DNA of 20,725 nucleotides, taken from NCBI GenBank assembly GCA_965648935.1, contig CBFGIY010000041.1:1-20725 (forward strand), given 5' to 3'. Position numbers and translations under genes: made by a program. The stretch is from a candidate division WOR-3 bacterium. Its GTDB lineage: Bacteria > Hydrothermota > Tepidihabitantia > Tepidihabitantales > Tepidihabitantaceae. The first letter of the stretch is position 1. Each line of letters opens with the position of its first letter. This document shows, piece after piece, positions 15,196 through 20,725 of the stretch. Under the pieces are notes generated by a model. The model made no database searches. It worked only from the letters and a program-made list of their open reading frames with translations, and had not been told where the DNA came from.

Positions 15196-15902
15196 CGACG
15201 CTTCTGTCCGTGCGCGACCTGGTTGTTGACTACGGCGCGATTCGCGCGCTGCACTGCGTTTCGTTCGAGGTGCGCGCGGGCGAGGTGGTGACGCTGGTCG
15301 GCGCAAACGGCGCGGGCAAGAGCACGACCCTGCGCGCGGTGTCCGGCCTGGTGCGGCCCGTCTCAGGCGAGGTTCTGTTCGATGGGAGGCGTATCGACGG
15401 GCTGGGCGGTCACAAGGTTGCGCGGCTCGGCCTGGCCCATGTGCCTGAGGGACGGGCGCCTTTTCCGTATCTCTCAGTGCGCGAGAACCTTGAGCTCGGC
15501 GCGTACCACCGACCGCGCCGCGAGCGGGCCGCCGCGATGGAGCGGGTGTTTGCCTCCTTCCCGCGGCTGCGCGAGCGGCTGAATCAGAGCGCGGGAACAC
15601 TGTCGGGTGGCGAGCTGCAGATGCTGGCGATGGGGCGCGGCCTGATGGCCGGACCACGCCTGCTGATGCTCGATGAACCTTCAATGGGCCTGTCACCGCT
15701 GCTAGTCCGCGAGACATTCAGTATCATCCGCGACATCAACCGGCAGGGCACTGCGATACTGCTGGTCGAGCAGAACGCGCTCGCGGCGCTGGGCGTGGCA
15801 AACCGGGCCTACGTGCTTGAGACCGGCCGCGTTGCGCTCAGCGGCCCGGCCGATGAACTGGCACGCGACCCCAAGGTCAAAGCTGCATACCTGGGGAAGT
15901 AG
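15192..15902 (+). CDS. livF: Branched-chain amino acid ABC ATPase LivF
   Basis: GANGAGKST; HVPEGR; LSGGELQMLAMGRGLM; LDEPSMGL; LLVEQN; VKAAYLG. Confidence 0.97.
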   Translation: MTTLLSVRDLVVDYGAIRALHCVSFEVRAGEVVTLVGANGAGKSTTLRAVSGLVRPVSGEVLFDGRRIDGLGGHKVARLGLAHVPEGRAPFPYLSVRENLELGAYHRPRRERAAAMERVFASFPRLRERLNQSAGTLSGGELQMLAMGRGLMAGPRLLMLDEPSMGLSPLLVRETFSIIRDINRQGTAILLVEQNALAALGVANRAYVLETGRVALSGPADELARDPKVKAAYLGK

Positions 15903-15912
15903 CGGCGGGGCG

Positions 15913-17736
15913 ATGCAGGACAGACCGCAGGGCGCAGGACAGCCGGCGCGCGATGCCGCATCGACGGGGCGCAGCGCGCGGGCCGCAGGGCAGAAGCTGT
16001 CGAGCATCACCGTGCCGCTGGCCTGCGGCGCCGGGGTGTTCGCAGTGTACGCACTGACCCTCGTGCCGGCGGTCGGGCTGATTGACTCGGGCGAGCTGGC
16101 GGCCGGGTGCTTCCTGCTCAACATCCTGCATCCGACCGGCTACCCTCTGTACACACTTCTCGGACGACTGGTCACGCTGGTGCCGGTCGGGGCGGTTATC
16201 ACCCGCGTGGCCCTGCTCAGCGCGCTGCTCGGCGCAACCGGGACGGCGTTGCTCGTCGTGCTGGCGCGGCGTGCCGGTGCCAATCAGGTTCCGGCCGCGG
16301 TCACGGGTTGCCTCGTTGGCCTGTCGCTGCCGGTGTGGGCCAATGCGGTGGACGCCGAGGTTTACTGCCTGACGCTGGTGATGCTTGCGATGCTCTGGCT
16401 GGCCGCGCTCGACGAGAGGGGCGCAACCCTGCCCGCGCTGGCCTTCTTCGCCGGGTTGAGCCTGACCAATCACATGTCGGCGGTGCTGGCGCTGTGCGGC
16501 ATCGGGCTGTTCCTTCTGCTTGAACGGCGCGGCCGTTTTGCCCGGCTGGTGCCGCGGCTGGTGCCGTTCTTCCTGCTCGGGTTGTCCGCATACGTCTACC
16601 TCCCGGTACGGGCCCGGGTCGGGCCGCTGGTTCCGTGGGGCGATCCGCAGCGCCTTGAGCAGTTCATCTGGCACATCACGGGCAAGCAATACCAGGTCTG
16701 GATGTTCTCCAGTTCGCTGGGCGAGGTGCTGCGCAACGCCGCGCGGGGACTGGGCATCGTCGGGCGCAGCCTGCTCTGGGTGCTTGTGCCCGCGGTTCTC
16801 TGGGGCTGGGTGCGGCTCTGGCGCACGCGGCGGCCGCTGGCAGTCGGGCTGGCGGTGACGGTACTGCTGACCTTCGCCTATGCGGCGAACTACAACATCC
16901 CCGACATCGAAGCCTACTACCTGCCGGCAATGACGGCGCTCGTGATCCCGACCGCGGTCGGGCTGGAGGCGCTGGCGCGGCGCGCGGGCCGGTTGCGCTG
17001 GGGGCTGCTCCTGCTGGTGCCTGCGGCCGCGGCGCTGAACTGGCAGACTGCGGACCGGAGCGATGACTTCGTTGCCCATGACCACGCGCTCAACACGCTT
17101 CAGTCAGCCGCGCCCGACGCGACGATAATCACAGACTGGTGGGACCTGTACTCGGCGGCGCTCTACCTCCAGCAGGTCGACGGCGTGCGGCCCGATGTCT
17201 GCATCATCGACAAGGAACTGCTGCGCCGGTCGTGGTACTTCGCGCGACTGGAGCGCTCGTGGCCGTGGCTGGTCTCGGCGTCGGCACCGGAGATCGCCGC
17301 GTTCCGCGAGCAGCTTGACCTGTTTGAACACGGCAGGCTGAAGGAGTCGCGCACCATTCAGGAGCGGTTCATACGGATGCTGGACAGCTTCATCCTGCGG
17401 CATCCCGAGCGGCCGGCCTATACCACATACGATGCGGATGCGGGCATCGACGCGCGGCAGATGCTGCCGGGTCACGTCCGGGTCCCGGTCGGTCTGCTGT
17501 TCGAGCTGAGGCCGGACAGCGCAATCGCGGCCGCCAGCTTCGAGTCGATGCGCGTGCGCGTGCCTTCGCGCCGGCTCGACCACCGCACGCGGGCCACACT
17601 GGAGCGTTACCGTTTCTTCGTCCTGCGCCGGGCCAACGCGCTGGCCGTTGCCGGCCGTTTCGCCGAAGCCGAGAGCGCGCTGGCCTGGTACCGGCGCCAG
17701 CCGGTCGCGCGAGTCGCGCCGCTGCCGCGCGGATGA
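15913..17736 (+). CDS. DUF2723 / TMEM260-like GT-C membrane glycosyltransferase, about 607 aa
   Basis: TLVPAV...DSGEL...HPTGYPLY; W..AVDAEVY; GLSLTNH; YLPVRA...WGDP; many TM helices followed by a soluble C-terminal domain. ATG 15913 follows the livF stop. Confidence 0.88.
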   Translation: MQDRPQGAGQPARDAASTGRSARAAGQKLSSITVPLACGAGVFAVYALTLVPAVGLIDSGELAAGCFLLNILHPTGYPLYTLLGRLVTLVPVGAVITRVALLSALLGATGTALLVVLARRAGANQVPAAVTGCLVGLSLPVWANAVDAEVYCLTLVMLAMLWLAALDERGATLPALAFFAGLSLTNHMSAVLALCGIGLFLLLERRGRFARLVPRLVPFFLLGLSAYVYLPVRARVGPLVPWGDPQRLEQFIWHITGKQYQVWMFSSSLGEVLRNAARGLGIVGRSLLWVLVPAVLWGWVRLWRTRRPLAVGLAVTVLLTFAYAANYNIPDIEAYYLPAMTALVIPTAVGLEALARRAGRLRWGLLLLVPAAAALNWQTADRSDDFVAHDHALNTLQSAAPDATIITDWWDLYSAALYLQQVDGVRPDVCIIDKELLRRSWYFARLERSWPWLVSASAPEIAAFREQLDLFEHGRLKESRTIQERFIRMLDSFILRHPERPAYTTYDADAGIDARQMLPGHVRVPVGLLFELRPDSAIAAASFESMRVRVPSRRLDHRTRATLERYRFFVLRRANALAVAGRFAEAESALAWYRRQPVARVAPLPRG

Positions 17737-18818
17737 GCGACGGGCGGGCCGACCGGGTCGGTCCGTACGCGGTGCAGTTTCTTGCCAACACCGCGCTGGT
17801 CATCGCCATCGTCTACCTGCCTCTGCTCGCGCGCGAAATCGGGGCAAGCAAAGGCCAGGTCGGGCTGATGGTCGGGCTGTACCAGGCTGCGCTGCTGGTG
17901 TCGGGGGTGGTGTTCGGCCGGTGGGCCGACTTCGCCGACCGCAAGCGTTTCGTTGTCGCGGGCTGCGTCGCCTCGGTCATCACGCTGGCCGCGTTGACTC
18001 ACGCGCGCTCGGTCGGCGCGCTGTACGCGGTGCGCGCTGCCGGAGGGGTGGCCGCCGGTATGTTTCCGGCCGCGCTGATGGCCTATTTCTACCAGCGCAG
18101 CCAGCGGCTGGGTCGGTTCTCGGCGGTGAGCGCGCTGGGCTGGGCAGCGGGCGCGCTCATAACCGGCCTGGTCGTTCCGCGACTGCTGTTCTGGGTCGCG
18201 GCCGGTCTGGGGGTGGCGGCTGCGGCAGTCGCGCAGTTGACCCTCGGGCACCAGCGAGTGCGCCTGGACCAGCCGATGGTGGACATGCGCGTGCTGCGGC
18301 GCAACTGGAAGGAGTATCTCGTGTTCTTCCTGCGCCATGCCGGGGCGACGTCAATCTGGGCAATCTACCCGCTGTTCCTGTCCGACCTCGGGGCATCGCG
18401 GCTCTGGGTTGGACTGATTTTCGCGCTCAACCCGCTGGCGCAGGTCGTATTCCTCAACTTCTTTGAGCGGTTCGGCGAGCGGCAGCTCATCATCGCCGGG
18501 GCCGCGCTCTCAGTGCTGGTGTTTGTCGGGTTCGGGCTCAGCCGGCACTGGGTTCAGGTGCTGCCGATACAGGTGCTTCTGGCCATATCGTGGTCCGCGT
18601 TGTATCTGGGCGAGCTGAAGCGGTTGATGCGGCGCAACGTCGAGCGTTCGACCGCGGCCGGGATGCTGCAATCGGTGATCGCGTTGTCAGCGGTCTGCGG
18701 CGCGCTGCTGGTCGGCGTGACCGGGCGGTTCGGCTACGGCGCGGTGATGTACACCGCGGCCGGGCTGGGCGCGGCCGGGCTGCTTCTGTTCTTCCTCGTG
18801 CCGGAGCCCGCCGACTGA
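17733..18818 (+). CDS. MFS transporter, 361 aa
   Basis: About 12 hydrophobic segments; motif A-like FGRWADFADRKR; second-half FERFGERQ; ATGA overlap with the upstream gene. Confidence 0.88.
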   Translation: MSDGRADRVGPYAVQFLANTALVIAIVYLPLLAREIGASKGQVGLMVGLYQAALLVSGVVFGRWADFADRKRFVVAGCVASVITLAALTHARSVGALYAVRAAGGVAAGMFPAALMAYFYQRSQRLGRFSAVSALGWAAGALITGLVVPRLLFWVAAGLGVAAAAVAQLTLGHQRVRLDQPMVDMRVLRRNWKEYLVFFLRHAGATSIWAIYPLFLSDLGASRLWVGLIFALNPLAQVVFLNFFERFGERQLIIAGAALSVLVFVGFGLSRHWVQVLPIQVLLAISWSALYLGELKRLMRRNVERSTAAGMLQSVIALSAVCGALLVGVTGRFGYGAVMYTAAGLGAAGLLLFFLVPEPAD

Positions 18819-18828
18819 GTGGTTCGGG

Positions 18829-19230
18829 CTATCGCGTGAGGAAGAACACGGCCAGGGCGGCGCAGGCGAGGCCGATGATGTGCGAGAGCGTCACCGCTTC
18901 TTTGAGAACAACGAAGCCGAGCACGGCCGGGATGAGGATGTACATCCCGGACAGCGGCACCACGACCGAGGCCGGGCCCTTGCGGATGGCGATGTAGAAG
19001 AGCACGGTCGCGAGCCCGGCCGCAACTCCGGACACGAGCACCAGCGGATGCGGCCTGGCCCAGCGCTCGGTGCCGCGGGCCAGTGCATAGACGGTAACCG
19101 GCAACAGGCCGAAGAGGCTGGACCAGAACGCGATTGACTCGGGCGTGGTGCGCGGCGATACGACCTTGACGATGAAGCCCCACGCGCCCCAGCAGAGCAG
19201 GGCGAGAATCGAGAGCAGGCGATAGTCCAC
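18829..19230 (-). CDS. Single-domain EamA/DMT family transporter, 133 aa
   Basis: LALLCWGAWGFIVKV; SGVAAGLATVLFYIAIRKGPASVVVPL; LGFVVLKEAVT. The ORF-track TTG at 19263 coincides with the -35 box, so GTG 19230 is the likelier start. Confidence 0.9.
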   Translation of the reverse strand: MDYRLLSILALLCWGAWGFIVKVVSPRTTPESIAFWSSLFGLLPVTVYALARGTERWARPHPLVLVSGVAAGLATVLFYIAIRKGPASVVVPLSGMYILIPAVLGFVVLKEAVTLSHIIGLACAALAVFFLTR

Positions 19231-19235
19231 AGGCG

Positions 19236-19263
19236 ATGTTAGGGCCGCCCGTGCCGGTGTCAA
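19236..19263 (-). promoter_or_regulatory. sigma70 promoter for the EamA gene, probably leaderless
   Basis: TTGACA (19263-19258), N16, TAACAT (19241-19236), 5 nt, then GTG (19230). Confidence 0.65.
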
Positions 19264-19268
19264 ACCGG

Positions 19269-20725
19269 TCAGTCGGCCGCGCGCTTGAGCGCGGCGCGGG
19301 CCCGGGCGAGGTTGGCCTGTGCAGCGGTTTGGAACTGCGCCGGGGCAGGCAGCGCGAGCGCGAGTTCAAGGCGCGGAACCGCGACGTCGGGGCGGCCGCG
19401 TTCGAGGCAGAACATCCCGAGGTTGTTGCGCGAGGCGGCATAGACCAGCTGGATGTCGTTGTACTCGGCGCGGGAGAATACCTGCCGGGCCGATGCGATT
19501 TCCAGACCGTGCCAAAGCGAGTCATCGATGGCAAGTAGCGAGTCGAGCTCGATCGCGGTGCCGGCCGAGACGAGCTCGTAGACAATACCGCGGGGCACGA
19601 CCTGCCAGTGCCGCGGAACCGGGCCGGCAAAGAATTCAGGCGTGAGCAATTCGCCGGACAGCGCTGCCGGACGCGTGCGGTCGAGCGAGCGACAGAGCGC
19701 GGCGAGCGCATTCTGGAGGCGAACGCCGCGGGTGCCGGTGCCGGCCGCGGCAAGCAAGTCGCGGAAAGACGGCAGGCCGCTGTCTGAGAGCAGTTCGCGC
19801 AGGCCGGCAACATAGTTTTCCGAAAAAAGCATGTCGGCGGCGATGACTGCAACATCGGCACGGCTGCCGGTGGCTTGCTGGAGCCAGCGGGTGGCGTTGG
19901 CCGGCACGTCGCCGCCGGTGATGAATACCGCGCGGTCGGGCAGAGAGCGCAGCAGGTTGACGCCGAGGTCCTGCACGGCAGTCGTGCGCGATTCCCGGGC
20001 CGGGCCCAGGTGTGCGAAGAAGAGCAGCAGCGGCGCAATCAGGCCGACAGCGGCAGCCGGCCGGGCGCGGCCAAGACGCCCGGCCAGGGTGCTGACCCCG
20101 ACACCGGCGGCAAGGCAGAGCGCGAGCAGAGACGGCAGAAGCTGGACCCGGAAGTCAGGCACAGCATAGGTCAGTCCGAATGTTCCGGCCGCGGCAAGAA
20201 GCAGCACGGCAAGCAGGACGCGGCGGCGCGACAGGGCGAGGCCGAAGAGCCCGAGCAGGGCCAGGGCGACGCCGGCAACGCCGAGTTCCGACACAAGCAC
20301 GCGCGGCAGTTCGGCAATCCGGGGCAGGGGCGGTGCGGAGCCGGCAAGGTCGGCGTACTGGCGCGCGGTCGCGTGGGCCAGGAACCGGCCGAAGTTTGAC
20401 GGGTCACCCCAGTTCACCGAGGGCCGGGCCAGCGCGCGCACCATCGTGCCAATTGCAGAGCAGAGGCCGAGCAGGAACCCGCCGGCGGACAGCGCGAGCG
20501 TCCTGCCGCGCGGCAGGCTGTCGCGGTCGAGGCGCAGCGCGAGCAGGCCGGGCAGCCAGAAGAGCGCCGACGGCTGGTGCGCCAGCGCGAGCCCGAAAAC
20601 GAATGCCGCGGCCGGCGACAGGCGCGGCTCGACACGGCTGCGCGCGGCCAGCAGCGCGCCCAGGGCAAGGAGCAGCATCGACAGGCCGTATACCTCGGCG
20701 TTTGCCGCATTGAACCAGAAGGTCC
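19269..20725 (-). CDS. Second DUF2723 / TMEM260-like GT-C glycosyltransferase with C-terminal TPR (5'-partial, runs off the window)
   Basis: The frame stays open beyond ATG 20678 to the window edge (TFWFNAANAEVYGLS). Motifs GLALAHQ, RA...P.VNWGDP, RQY, and a TPR-like tail SRNNLGMFCLERGRPDVAV...AQANLARA. Confidence 0.85.
   Translation of the reverse strand, partial: TFWFNAANAEVYGLSMLLLALGALLAARSRVEPRLSPAAAFVFGLALAHQPSALFWLPGLLALRLDRDSLPRGRTLALSAGGFLLGLCSAIGTMVRALARPSVNWGDPSNFGRFLAHATARQYADLAGSAPPLPRIAELPRVLVSELGVAGVALALLGLFGLALSRRRVLLAVLLLAAAGTFGLTYAVPDFRVQLLPSLLALCLAAGVGVSTLAGRLGRARPAAAVGLIAPLLLFFAHLGPARESRTTAVQDLGVNLLRSLPDRAVFITGGDVPANATRWLQQATGSRADVAVIAADMLFSENYVAGLRELLSDSGLPSFRDLLAAAGTGTRGVRLQNALAALCRSLDRTRPAALSGELLTPEFFAGPVPRHWQVVPRGIVYELVSAGTAIELDSLLAIDDSLWHGLEIASARQVFSRAEYNDIQLVYAASRNNLGMFCLERGRPDVAVPRLELALALPAPAQFQTAAQANLARARAALKRAAD

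Noticed and set aside
14311..20038. Long alternative ORFs (14311-15717, 15877-17085, 18734-20038, all on -)
   Set aside because: Arg/Pro/Ala-rich shadow frames overlapping well-supported genes.

Overview
High-GC bacterial window. The gene content suggests an FCB-related diderm such as candidate division WOR-3, but this is inference only. Left end: an HUH/Y1 tyrosine transposase (RAYT/TIRYT type) bracketed by an inverted pair of 26-nt hairpin repeats. It is followed by about 800 bp without a convincing gene, holding an 11-6-11 Xer/dif-like palindrome, a cryptic 24 x 12-nt periodic array and short heptamer repeats. 1604-10380 (-): a tightly coupled 8-gene envelope operon behind a perfect TTGACA-N17-TATAAT promoter. 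In transcription order it encodes an Ig-repeat protein with a T9SS-CTD/FlgD-like tail, a PorV-like barrel fused to FlgD-Ig, an ~830-aa TPR protein, ExbB/TolQ, two ExbD/TolR proteins (one lacking the essential TM Asp), TonB, and a FlgD-Ig plus degenerate OmpA-like protein. This operon is the best candidate for an undescribed PMF-driven outer-membrane machine. Further right: an adenosine-specific kinase family gene, a second CTD-type secreted protein, livHMGF with no binding protein and a bridging mini-ORF, two convergent DUF2723/TMEM260-like GT-C glycosyltransferases, an MFS transporter and an EamA transporter. At least two promoters imply leaderless mRNAs. All family calls come from motif recognition by eye; no searches were run.
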